This document shows positions 52,028 through 61,110 of a stretch of 64,000 bases of DNA, one piece after another. Numbering within the stretch: the stretch's first letter is position 1; every line of letters starts with the position of its first letter. The notes under the pieces are model-generated. The model searched no databases and was not told where the DNA came from. It saw only the letters and a list, made by a program, of their open reading frames with translations. The position numbers and the translations under genes are program-made. The stretch is from an uncultured delta proteobacterium (lineage in GTDB: Bacteria > Desulfobacterota > Syntrophia > Syntrophales > Smithellaceae): positions 2,410,497 to 2,474,496 of the forward strand of contig CAWEQT010000001.1 of the NCBI GenBank assembly GCA_963811325.1, given 5' to 3'.

Positions 52028-52430
52028 ACGGAAACCTCCTAAGAATGCCTATGTGGATTTAATACTTTATAATATATATTTACGGTGCATTAATATGCAA
52101 GTGTATTTTTTATTTTATTAAAATGGAGAAAATCTACAACTTCCATGTAATAAAAATAACATGATTACAAGTAGCGATCCTCCTACCATGAATTAGCGTA
52201 AAATAATGTATAATAAGTATTAGAGTTGTAGCTAACGTTAATATAGTAATAAAACATGGAAAGGCAGGAGGACTTCGGTAATCCTGGGCGATAGAGCCCT
52301 TAATTGAGTTTGTCCCAAGCCTCTTTGAGCCATAATAGGTTGGTTGGATCATAGAATCCTTGTCACGATGGAGGATTGGTCAGGAGGCAATAATACCTGT
52401 TTTTTCCCACATGAGTCAGGAGGTTAAGTT

Positions 52431-53630
52431 ATGTTGGAAACAAGAGGTGATTTTGATTATTTTGTTGGTATAGATATTTCTAAAGATAAATTTGATGCCT
52501 GTGGGACAAGGAAAGATGAGACCAGGCATTTTCAGATTTCCATGGCGATGGACCGCAAAGGTTTTGAGAAACTGAAGAAGCATCTTGTCGGTTTGAATTC
52601 ATCTATTTTAATCGGGATGGAATCGACGGCGACTTATCATGTTAATCTTTTTTCTTATCTGGTTTCTGAAGGTTTTGATGTTATTCTCATCAATCCATTG
52701 CTGATATCCAATTATGTAAAGATGCCGTTGAGGAAGACCAAAACAGACAAGAAGGATGCTGCCTTAATTGCCCTATTTTTGCTTGCTAATGGGCATTCAC
52801 TGATGCAACGGATAAGTTCATCTTCCCTTGCCGATCTTTGCGATCTTTCCCGTCAGCGGGAGAGTCTGATTGCCGAGATGACGGCATTGAAGATAAACAT
52901 CAAAAGGCTCCTGAATATCATTTTTCCGGAACTGGAACATATGACGCCGGTATTTGCGAAGTCCATGTTGAAGTTAATACGTCAATATCCTTCAGCTGCC
53001 GCACTCAGAGATGCGGACATTGGCCGGATATCTGAGATGTTGATTTCCGATTCCTATGGACATAAAGGGGAAGCCTTTGCTGCGGGGTTAGTCAAGGCAG
53101 CACAGAAATCCATCGGCACAAGCAGTTCTGTCAAGGAAATGATTCTAAAGCAGAAGGCAGATTTGCTTCTCCATATGGAGGATTCCCTTCAGGAGATAAC
53201 GGGCATGCTGATAGAGATAAGCCGTAAACTGATGGAAGATGACATCAATATCATGACCTCTATAAAAGGGATTGGAGACACGACGGCCGTGAATTTTCTC
53301 ATGGAGATGGGTGGTGACCTCCATCAGTTTGAACGTTCCGGTAAAATCATTGCCCTGGCCGGATTGGATCCGGCTGTTTACCAATCCGGCAAACATGAAG
53401 GCAGGGGCAGAATAACAAAACGCGGGAATCGTCATTTACGAAAGATCATCTGGACGATGACAACCCGCGTAATCCAATACACCGATATTTTTAAAACCTA
53501 TTATCAAAAGCGAAGAAAGGAGGGATTGCCCCATAAGAAGGCTGTGCTTGCTACGGCTCATAAGTTAATTCGTGTCATCTATGCTATGCTGACACATCGA
53601 ACTACTTTTTGCCCAGAGGTAAATTCATGA
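52431..53630 (+). CDS. IS110-family DEDD transposase (element C; ends not resolved)
   Basis: VGIDISKD, MESTATY, KTDKKDA, SIKGIG, YQSG; long upstream non-coding region. Confidence 0.92.
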   Translation: MLETRGDFDYFVGIDISKDKFDACGTRKDETRHFQISMAMDRKGFEKLKKHLVGLNSSILIGMESTATYHVNLFSYLVSEGFDVILINPLLISNYVKMPLRKTKTDKKDAALIALFLLANGHSLMQRISSSSLADLCDLSRQRESLIAEMTALKINIKRLLNIIFPELEHMTPVFAKSMLKLIRQYPSAAALRDADIGRISEMLISDSYGHKGEAFAAGLVKAAQKSIGTSSSVKEMILKQKADLLLHMEDSLQEITGMLIEISRKLMEDDINIMTSIKGIGDTTAVNFLMEMGGDLHQFERSGKIIALAGLDPAVYQSGKHEGRGRITKRGNRHLRKIIWTMTTRVIQYTDIFKTYYQKRRKEGLPHKKAVLATAHKLIRVIYAMLTHRTTFCPEVNS

Positions 53631-53707
53631 TAGTTGACTCAACTCTGATAACTGTCCGGTACTCAAACTAAGTAGTAAAGTTTCTTAAGAGATGAAACAA
53701 ATAATAG

Positions 53708-53768
53708 ACTTCTTCCTTAATGTTGTTTTTTTTGTTTGCTCAATTCATTCAACTTTTCAATCGGTAAT
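53708..53768 (+). repeat. Module-junction site
   Basis: CTTCCTTAA + 34 bp (TGTTG...CAACT) + TTTCAATCGGTAAT. Confidence 0.82.
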
Positions 53769-53891
53769 AAGCAAAAAGTGGCTGAACTCTAAATTAACTT
53801 GTGGTACAAGTATTCGGGGCAGGTCGTTGTAACTGCTGTAAATGTAAATGGTGTTATAACTGTATCATTTATTTAAGCAGAGGAGGATGAA

Positions 53892-54401
53892 ATGGACAAT
53901 GTACCATTGGAAAAGAAGGAACTTAAAGAACTCCTTAACAAATGCTGGATGACACACGATGCCATGTGGTTCTACAATTGCTTACAAGAATGTGGTATTG
54001 AGAAGACGAACAAGATCAATCGTGCTGCTGTTAAGGCCGTGGCAGCAGTAGAGATCAAGCGGCTAAAGAAGGCTGTAGGCGTTGATAATCTTGAAACATT
54101 CGATGAGTTTTGGGACTTCTTCCAAATTGCCATGGCAACACTCACGGGTGACTTTATGAAGTACTCTTTCGTGTCAAAGGACACAAACAGTATCCGTGGC
54201 ACTTGGCATCAATGTTTTGCCCATGACGGAATCAAGGCGCTTGGTGTCATCGACAAATACGAGTGCGGCATCATGGATCGGGTGGAGAGCTGGTTCGACA
54301 GCCTAGGCATCAAGTATAAAGTGGAACCGAAAGTGATTGGATGTATGATGCACACTGAGGGTGAATGCTACCGTGACTATACCTTCTTTTTTAATAAGTG
54401 A
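53892..54401 (+). CDS. DUF6125-like protein
   Basis: KCWMTHDAMWF N-terminal motif, conserved Cys residues; GAGGA RBS. Confidence 0.65.
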   Translation: MDNVPLEKKELKELLNKCWMTHDAMWFYNCLQECGIEKTNKINRAAVKAVAAVEIKRLKKAVGVDNLETFDEFWDFFQIAMATLTGDFMKYSFVSKDTNSIRGTWHQCFAHDGIKALGVIDKYECGIMDRVESWFDSLGIKYKVEPKVIGCMMHTEGECYRDYTFFFNK

Positions 54402-54429
54402 AGATTGGCTTAGCAATGACCATTTAATA

Positions 54430-54491
54430 AATGCTTCCTGTTATCCTCAAATCGGCAATCTCGAAAATAATACTAGATTTCAATCCGTTAT
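54430..54491 (+). repeat. Module-junction site
   Basis: CTTCCTGTTA + 34 bp + TTTCAATCCGTTAT. Confidence 0.85.
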
Positions 54492-54902
54492 CAATAAGGC
54501 AATGGATTGTCTGTGTGGCGTGATGTTAAGGTGTTAATCGGAAAAATGGGAATTACGATACTATCCTGCTTAACATAGGGTTTTTCAAGGTGAAATGAGA
54601 GGATTCCTGTCTCTCGTTGACGTTTTTCATTGCGATAAATGTATTTTCTCATTAAAACTTCGACTCTATTGAAAGAAAACATTAAGAAAAACTTGTTTCA
54701 AGTGATTAAATACGTTAATTATGAAATGAACAGTGTAAATTATGGAGGGATATTCACCCTAATGATTTTGATATGGGGAATGTCAGATAAATAATATTGT
54801 ACCCTAAGTATCGAAGATTCTCCACGGCTTTCCGCGGAGAGCTTCAATTTTCCGGAAAATTAAAAGGTAGATAATTTAAGATAAAGTACAAAGGAGGACG
54901 TT

Positions 54903-55361
54903 ATGTCATTTACCATTCTACCCGTATCTAAATTAAAAGAAGCCATCGGCGACGAAAAAAAGAGCGATTGGATCGAAATCTCCCAGGAGCGGATCAACCA
55001 GTTCGCTGACTGCACCGATGATCATCAATTCATTCATGTCGACCCTGAGAAAGCGAAAACAGATCCTTTCGGACACACCATCGCGCATGGGTTCCTTACG
55101 CTGTCAATGTTGACCCGCCTCGCAACAGACTGCACCTGGATGCCTGAAGGAATCAAAGCAGCCATCAACTATGGATTCAACAAGGTCAGATTTATCAGTC
55201 CTGTCTATTCGGGGTCAAAGATCCAGAGCATCATGAAACTGACCGGTGTTGAAGAGAGAGAAGGAGGAAAGGTGCTCGTCACCGTGACGCACACGGTAAG
55301 TTCAGAGGGTGCGGAGAAACCGTCCCTGGTAGCGGAATGGCTTACGATGTTTTTCATTTAA
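54903..55361 (+). CDS. MaoC-family dehydratase
   Basis: FADCTDDHQFIHVD...IAHGFLTLS. Confidence 0.9.
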   Translation: MSFTILPVSKLKEAIGDEKKSDWIEISQERINQFADCTDDHQFIHVDPEKAKTDPFGHTIAHGFLTLSMLTRLATDCTWMPEGIKAAINYGFNKVRFISPVYSGSKIQSIMKLTGVEEREGGKVLVTVTHTVSSEGAEKPSLVAEWLTMFFI

Positions 55362-55513
55362 AAGACTATTACCGTGCCAGGGTGCTCCCCTGATAGCATC
55401 GGGGTCAGACCGGGCGCTGTTGAAAATTATTCTTGGAAATGTTATTATCCTGCGTAAATATTGATCTTTGAAGACATCCTTATAATGTTCAACACTTATT
55501 TAAGGAGGCATAG

Positions 55514-57214
55514 ATGAAGCTTACTGAAAAAATTCGATTGCTGGTTCAAATTGGACGGTTCCTTCTATTTCAGGGCAAAAATAATTTCCTTCTTTCTCCC
55601 CCCGCTAATTTAAATAATCTAAAATTTATGACCGGCAGGCAAGCCGCGGAAATGATTCCCGACGGCGCATGCGTTTTGTCCAATGGGATTGCCGCGAATG
55701 CGCGATGCAGTGTTTTTTATTACGCGATAAAAGACCGGTTTCTTAAATCCGGCCATCCCAAAAACCTGACGTGGATAGCTGTGCCCGGCCAGGGAGCAAG
55801 AGGCAGGATGTTCGGTTCGCTGGAAGAGTTGGGCATTGAAGGCTTAATCAAGGTATGGATTGGCGGACATCATGAAACCATGAAGAGCTTCCTTAAACTG
55901 GCCCAAAAAGGGAAAATGGAAGTGCATAGAATATCCCAGGGCGTATTGGATTTTTTGATCGAGGCGCAAACCAAAGGTGAAGACAGCCTCGTGTCCAAAA
56001 CCGGCGTGGGAACAATGATTGACCCCAGAGCAGGGAACGGTACGCCTCTTATTAAGGGTGTTGGCGAAAGTCTTTCAGTTGCCGAAGGTGATCATTTACG
56101 ATACCGGTTGCCGAAAATCACAATTGCAATGATGAATGCGTCGTCTGCCGACGCTGAGGGGAATATTTATTTCAAACACGCTTCCGTCATTACCGAAAAT
56201 ATTGAATCCGCATTGGCTGTCAGACACAATGGCGGCAAGGTTCTGGTAACGGTTGCGGATATAATTCCCAAAAACGAAAAAGAAATATCGTTGCCGGCGG
56301 ATAAAGTTGACGCGATAGTCGTGAATCCGAATAATGAACAATGCGGCATGGCACTTCAAAGAAAATATTGGGAGATGTTTACCGAAGGAGCGAAGGTTGA
56401 CACGGAGGATGCTCTTTCTAGACTTTTGTTCGTTAATAATCTTTTACGCATCACTCCTCACCGGGGACCGACGGAAGAAGCGCTGGCCCGTCTCGCGGCC
56501 GATTTTTTCATGCGTGTGGCTAAAAAAGGTCAGTATGTGAATGTGGGCGTGGGCATGCCGGAAGAAGTATGCATGCTGATATATGAAGGCGGCATTCATG
56601 AGGACGTAACTTATCTTCTGGAATCCGGGCCTTTGGGAGGGATGCCCGCAATGGGAATCTTCTTTGGCGCGTCCATTAATCCGGAAAAACTTCTCAGTTC
56701 GGCTCAAATGTTCCATTTAATCTATGAAAAGCTTGATATTACTTTGCTGGGTCTGCTGCAGGTTGATTTCAAAGGCAATGTCAATGTGTCCAAGCGGGGC
56801 GAAGGGCCGATTAATTACGTAGGCCCCGGCGGATTTACGGACATGACAGTTGCCGCGAAGACAATAATCTTCATCGGTTCATGGATGCTCGGAGCTCATA
56901 TGGAGATTCATGACGGCAAAATCATGATGGTCAAACCCGGCATACCGAAATTCGTTGACGAGGTTGACGAAATAACTTTCAGCGGCCCGGAGGCGCTCAA
57001 GCACGGGAAAAAAGTTTACTACTGCACCAGTGTCGGGGTTTTTCAGCTTACTGAGCGCGGCATGGAGCTAATCGAGGTCATGCCGGGTATTGATATCCAG
57101 AAGGACATCATCAACGGCTGCAGCATGAAAATAGTTCCGCCCGAACAGGGCAAGTTCTCAGTGGTGTCTGAAAACATCGTAACAGGAAAGGGATTCGAAC
57201 TGCATTGGCGATAG
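55514..57214 (+). CDS. Family I CoA transferase (propionate/acetate CoA-transferase, YdiF-like)
   Basis: GVGTMIDPR, NVGVGMP, ESG, GNVNVSK, GPGGF. Confidence 0.88.
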   Translation: MKLTEKIRLLVQIGRFLLFQGKNNFLLSPPANLNNLKFMTGRQAAEMIPDGACVLSNGIAANARCSVFYYAIKDRFLKSGHPKNLTWIAVPGQGARGRMFGSLEELGIEGLIKVWIGGHHETMKSFLKLAQKGKMEVHRISQGVLDFLIEAQTKGEDSLVSKTGVGTMIDPRAGNGTPLIKGVGESLSVAEGDHLRYRLPKITIAMMNASSADAEGNIYFKHASVITENIESALAVRHNGGKVLVTVADIIPKNEKEISLPADKVDAIVVNPNNEQCGMALQRKYWEMFTEGAKVDTEDALSRLLFVNNLLRITPHRGPTEEALARLAADFFMRVAKKGQYVNVGVGMPEEVCMLIYEGGIHEDVTYLLESGPLGGMPAMGIFFGASINPEKLLSSAQMFHLIYEKLDITLLGLLQVDFKGNVNVSKRGEGPINYVGPGGFTDMTVAAKTIIFIGSWMLGAHMEIHDGKIMMVKPGIPKFVDEVDEITFSGPEALKHGKKVYYCTSVGVFQLTERGMELIEVMPGIDIQKDIINGCSMKIVPPEQGKFSVVSENIVTGKGFELHWR

Positions 57215-57610
57215 AGAATTTCAAATAAATACACTTCCTATTAGCGCAAGATTAAATGCACAGAGAAAATTCCGCAATTGGTATTGGGCCTCTGTTTTTA
57301 CAAATCGATATTCAGGTTCTGTCGAATCAAAAAGTGCTCGTGATTACCTTGATATGAAAGACTAGCTGGAAAATGAAAATGAGGAACCTTCGGTCTTAAT
57401 GGAATTCAAAAGTGGTTTTCGTAATCTTAATTTGCGCAAAGAAATTAAGCGTGGCACTTCTGTCTATAATGGCATATTTAACCATAAATATTATTATTCA
57501 TCAAAAAGACTAAGACTACTGTTAGGGTATTTAGGAATATTTTCATCTGAATGGATTTCAAAAACTGATCATGGGAAACTGAGTCTATAAAGGAAAATAA
57601 AGAGAAATCA

Positions 57611-58252
57611 ATGGGCATGAATACAAAGAGAATCATATACGTCATAGTTTTGGCAGCTAGTCTTTCACTTATTGGTTGTGCGGCAAACAAAACTCTAAGG
57701 ATTAATGAGGAATATCGGCAGTTCAAAGCGCAAGAATATGTAATACCTGTGGATAATGGCTCCGTGAATCCTTTGCATATAACACTTCGGGTCGCCAACC
57801 TGCGGATGAATGGTAAGGAAATTCCGGTTTCATCACGATCTCTTCGTGCAAAGGAGATCCGCGATAGTCTCACAACTTTTGGTACGGCAATTGCCCATGA
57901 GATGAGCCACGCCCATAGTTCAGCGTTAGCCGGTCAGCCGCTCCAAATTGCTGTTTCCTTCGATGGTATGGAGGATCTTCACCTTGGCAGCGCTATTACC
58001 AAGGGATTTTTAACCGGCTTTTTTACCATAGGGCTGGTTCCGGGAGTTTATTCGTATCAATCCAAGGTGAGCGTGGATTTACTCGGCGGAAAGGGCACTT
58101 ATTCGGCCGAATCGCAAGAGGTAACGGTAAAGTATGACATAAATGACAAAAACGCAGGCGGAAAAGCAGGAAGTACAGCCAGAAGGCAAGCTGACAACGA
58201 AAGTCTGCAAAAAATCGTTAATAAAATAGCCAACCAAGGATTCTTTCAATGA
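57611..58252 (+). CDS. Hypothetical lipoprotein
   Basis: Lipobox LIGC. Confidence 0.7.
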   Translation: MGMNTKRIIYVIVLAASLSLIGCAANKTLRINEEYRQFKAQEYVIPVDNGSVNPLHITLRVANLRMNGKEIPVSSRSLRAKEIRDSLTTFGTAIAHEMSHAHSSALAGQPLQIAVSFDGMEDLHLGSAITKGFLTGFFTIGLVPGVYSYQSKVSVDLLGGKGTYSAESQEVTVKYDINDKNAGGKAGSTARRQADNESLQKIVNKIANQGFFQ

Positions 58253-58359
58253 TCTCTACCGATAAAATAAAGCGTACTTTTCGGGGGGCACCGATCCATA
58301 TAAACAATGTTAGACAGCATCAGAAATTTGGTGCAAACTTGTTTCTCAGGAAATAGACT

Positions 58360-58818
58360 ATGAAACGAATCATCTTCACGACACTTCTCCTAACCGCATT
58401 CATTTTTTTTATTGGTTGTGCCTCGTCCGGTCAGCTTATCTCCATGGCTCCAGATTACCGCGCCCTTAGGGGCATCGGGTCCATCTACTTAGGTGATTTC
58501 GGTGACGGAGAAGGCGCGGACATAGTCCGAGAAAAACTAAGAATTCGCCTGCTTAATTCGGCCAGATTCACGCTTGTCGAGAGTCCAGATCGAGCTGATG
58601 CATTTCTGACTAGATCTGCCGGAGTTGAGAAGTGGCTCTATGAGGGCACAACGCACCACCGAGGCACGGGCCTGCTTCGGCTTGTCGATACGAAAACGCA
58701 GAAGACCATCTGGGTTCACGAGTATAAGCGGGGGTTTATGCTCGGGGGTAGCGTAAGCACAAGAGTTGCTAACCAGATGGCCGATCAACTTCCGGAAGAC
58801 GCTGGCGCAGGGAAGTGA
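58360..58818 (+). CDS. Hypothetical lipoprotein
   Basis: Lipobox FIGC. Confidence 0.7.
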   Translation: MKRIIFTTLLLTAFIFFIGCASSGQLISMAPDYRALRGIGSIYLGDFGDGEGADIVREKLRIRLLNSARFTLVESPDRADAFLTRSAGVEKWLYEGTTHHRGTGLLRLVDTKTQKTIWVHEYKRGFMLGGSVSTRVANQMADQLPEDAGAGK

Positions 58819-58959
58819 GTTCATTGTGCTGCCTAAGTCGCAGCTGAATTCGCCGTTGCACCTCACAACTGATAATTCTCAATTTTTTCAACTGCTCACT
58901 AATGAAACTTCGTAGGTGTAACAAACAATTTTGACGATTCGGAAATCGGGATTTTATTT

Positions 58960-59022
58960 CTTTCTTCCTCTAAGTGTTGTCTTTCTTATTTTAGCAATTC
59001 ACACAACATTTCAATCGGAAAT
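58960..59022 (+). repeat. Module-junction site
   Basis: CTTCCTCTAA + 35 bp (GTGTTG...CAACA) + TTTCAATCGGAAAT, between convergent gene ends. Confidence 0.8.
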
Positions 59023-59121
59023 AATTATGTTAAAAAAAATTGTATACAAAGGGTATTTACTCTGATTATATTTTCAAATATCATTAAAAATTCGAGTAAA
59101 AATTAAGTTATTCAATGATTG

Positions 59122-59156
59122 AAAAAAGGCCACCGGTAAACCCAGTGGCCTTTTTT
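59122..59156. terminator. Intrinsic (bidirectional) terminator
   Basis: AAAAAAGGCCAC-loop-GTGGCCTTTTTT just past the stop of the 59166 ORF. Confidence 0.8.
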
Positions 59157-59165
59157 ATTTAGCCT

Positions 59166-60956
59166 TTACAAATACAGCGCATCAATCATGTCCGAATATT
59201 TCTTTAAAACTTCACGGCGCTTAAGTTTCAGTGTCGGGGTAAGCATACCATTTTCAGTTGTGAATCCTTCACTTAGAAGTAACATTCTTTTCGGAAGCTC
59301 ATAACTGGCAAAGGTTTTTTTCAGATGATCGCGGATCTCATCTTCATACATCTTAATGACAGCCGGATGTTGAACAAACTCATTTTTATCTATAGGCAGG
59401 CCCTTTTCTTTAGCGACCTTTTCCATAACAATGAAATCAGGAACGATGAGACAAACGGTATAAGGTTTGTTCAGCCCGAAGATCAGTGCCTGCTCAACAC
59501 TGGGCAGTAATTTAACATGTTCCTCGATGGCTGAGGGGTAAACAAATTTTCCGTTTTCAAGTTTGAACTGCTCCTTGATGCGACCGGTGATAAAAAGGAA
59601 TCCATCTTTGTCAACAAATGCCCTGTCGCCGGTTCTCAATCCGCCGTCATTAGTCATTGATGCCTTCGTTTCTTCCGGTTTGTTGTGGTAACCCTGCATG
59701 ACATTCGGACCATAAATGATAAGCTCTCCCTCGGCCGAATCATCATTCATACCGGTTCTGTCAATTACAAGCCTGACCTTATCAATCGCTTTACCGCAGC
59801 TCCCGATCTTGTATTCGGCAGGGGTATTGACTGTGCCAGCAGGTGAAATTTCGGTCATTCCCCACGCCTCATAGACAGGGGCGCCTATATCAAACATGAA
59901 TTGGGCTATATGTGCGCTTAGTGCCGCGCTTGAGCTGATTGAAAGCTGGAGATTTCCACCGAAGAGCGCCCTCAATTTGCTGTAAACAATTTTATCGACA
60001 AGGGCAAGTTTAATAAAGTTCATCAGGCTTGATTTGCCCTGCTTCGCCAGTTCACATTTCTTCTTGTTTTCCTCTGTCCCCATGTCAAACAGCTTCTGTG
60101 CGAGGCCTCCCTTATCGTGGATTTTCATCAGAATACCATCATATACCCGGTTGAATACACGCGGTACAGCAACAAGCATGGTCGGTTTAACCAGCTGAAG
60201 GTCGTCAACTATTGTTGTAGGCCCCTCTGCAAAGCCCGTGCTTCCGCCAAGCTTCAAGAGAGTGTTAAGCTCGGCTGTCTGCCCGTATGAATGTGCCCAG
60301 GGAAGGAACGACAGTGATCTCGTTTTTTCATCAAGCATGTAAAATGATTTCTTCAGGGCATGTACCTGGCTGGTGAAGTTTCCATGTGAAAGTAATACAC
60401 CTTTGGGATCGCCCGTTGTCCCTGACGTGTAGATCAATCCGGCAATATCGCTTGCTGTTGGTCTTATTGCCGGAAGAATTTTCTTAAAGCCGATATTCAT
60501 GAGTTCCTGGTAGCTCTTTGGACCTTTTTCATCGATGATGAAGATGTGCTTTAAAGAATCAATTTCGTTCATCCAGGTCAGTGCTTTTTCATAAAATTCT
60601 TTTTTAGAGACAAACAGCACTTTCACTCCGCTGTCCTTGATTATATACTTCTGAACCTTTTCCAGCTCTGCTTCGTACATGGGTACAAACAGCGCCCCTA
60701 CGCCATATGATGCATAACAGCAAACAGCCCATTCGGTACGGTTGCCTGCGATTATGCCCACCGCATCGCCCTTTTCAATTCCGAGACCTACAAGCCCGCT
60801 TCTTACACCGTCAACCATATGGCTGACATCGGAATAGGTTACCCATTCATAAGTACCACTGCTGTTCTTTGTTCCGAAAAGGGGGTTGTTTGCATATTTA
60901 TTTACACTGTCTTCAAAAATCTCAACAAGATTATCCGGTTTATCAAATTTGTACAT
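59166..60956 (-). CDS. Long-chain fatty acid-CoA ligase (AMP-forming)
   Basis: YTSGTTGDPKG, WGMTE, RTGD, LTPTLKLKR. Confidence 0.9.
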   Translation of the reverse strand: MYKFDKPDNLVEIFEDSVNKYANNPLFGTKNSSGTYEWVTYSDVSHMVDGVRSGLVGLGIEKGDAVGIIAGNRTEWAVCCYASYGVGALFVPMYEAELEKVQKYIIKDSGVKVLFVSKKEFYEKALTWMNEIDSLKHIFIIDEKGPKSYQELMNIGFKKILPAIRPTASDIAGLIYTSGTTGDPKGVLLSHGNFTSQVHALKKSFYMLDEKTRSLSFLPWAHSYGQTAELNTLLKLGGSTGFAEGPTTIVDDLQLVKPTMLVAVPRVFNRVYDGILMKIHDKGGLAQKLFDMGTEENKKKCELAKQGKSSLMNFIKLALVDKIVYSKLRALFGGNLQLSISSSAALSAHIAQFMFDIGAPVYEAWGMTEISPAGTVNTPAEYKIGSCGKAIDKVRLVIDRTGMNDDSAEGELIIYGPNVMQGYHNKPEETKASMTNDGGLRTGDRAFVDKDGFLFITGRIKEQFKLENGKFVYPSAIEEHVKLLPSVEQALIFGLNKPYTVCLIVPDFIVMEKVAKEKGLPIDKNEFVQHPAVIKMYEDEIRDHLKKTFASYELPKRMLLLSEGFTTENGMLTPTLKLKRREVLKKYSDMIDALYL

Positions 60957-61110
60957 ATTCCTTCCTTCATTTATTGGTACTATCAGTTGAAACTTGTCTA
61001 CTCAAAGTAAAGTGAACGCTACACCACCTATAAGGGTGATGGCTGCTGATTGCGGCTAAATATGGCCACGTCGGCATCGCTTACTAGTAACCCTTTTAAA
61101 GTGACCATCA

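Noticed and set aside
54811-54847. Hairpins resembling IS200/IS605 ends (also near 61012-61045)
   Set aside because: Degenerate, with no tnpA/tnpB nearby.
57230-57285. Possible additional junction site CTTCCTATTA...CCGCAATTGGTATT
   Set aside because: Spacing is about 6 bp short and the right box is a weak match; not counted.
18550-59022. CRISPR array (TTTCAATCC resembles a CRISPR repeat start and the cores are spacer-sized)
   Set aside because: Units are kilobases apart, the two boxes differ, cores recur in families, and there are no cas genes in the window.
19724-59022. Integron attC or Xer dif/pdif sites
   Set aside because: No RYYYAAC...GTTRRRY ends and no 11-6-11 XerC/D consensus; modules are multigenic and in both orientations.
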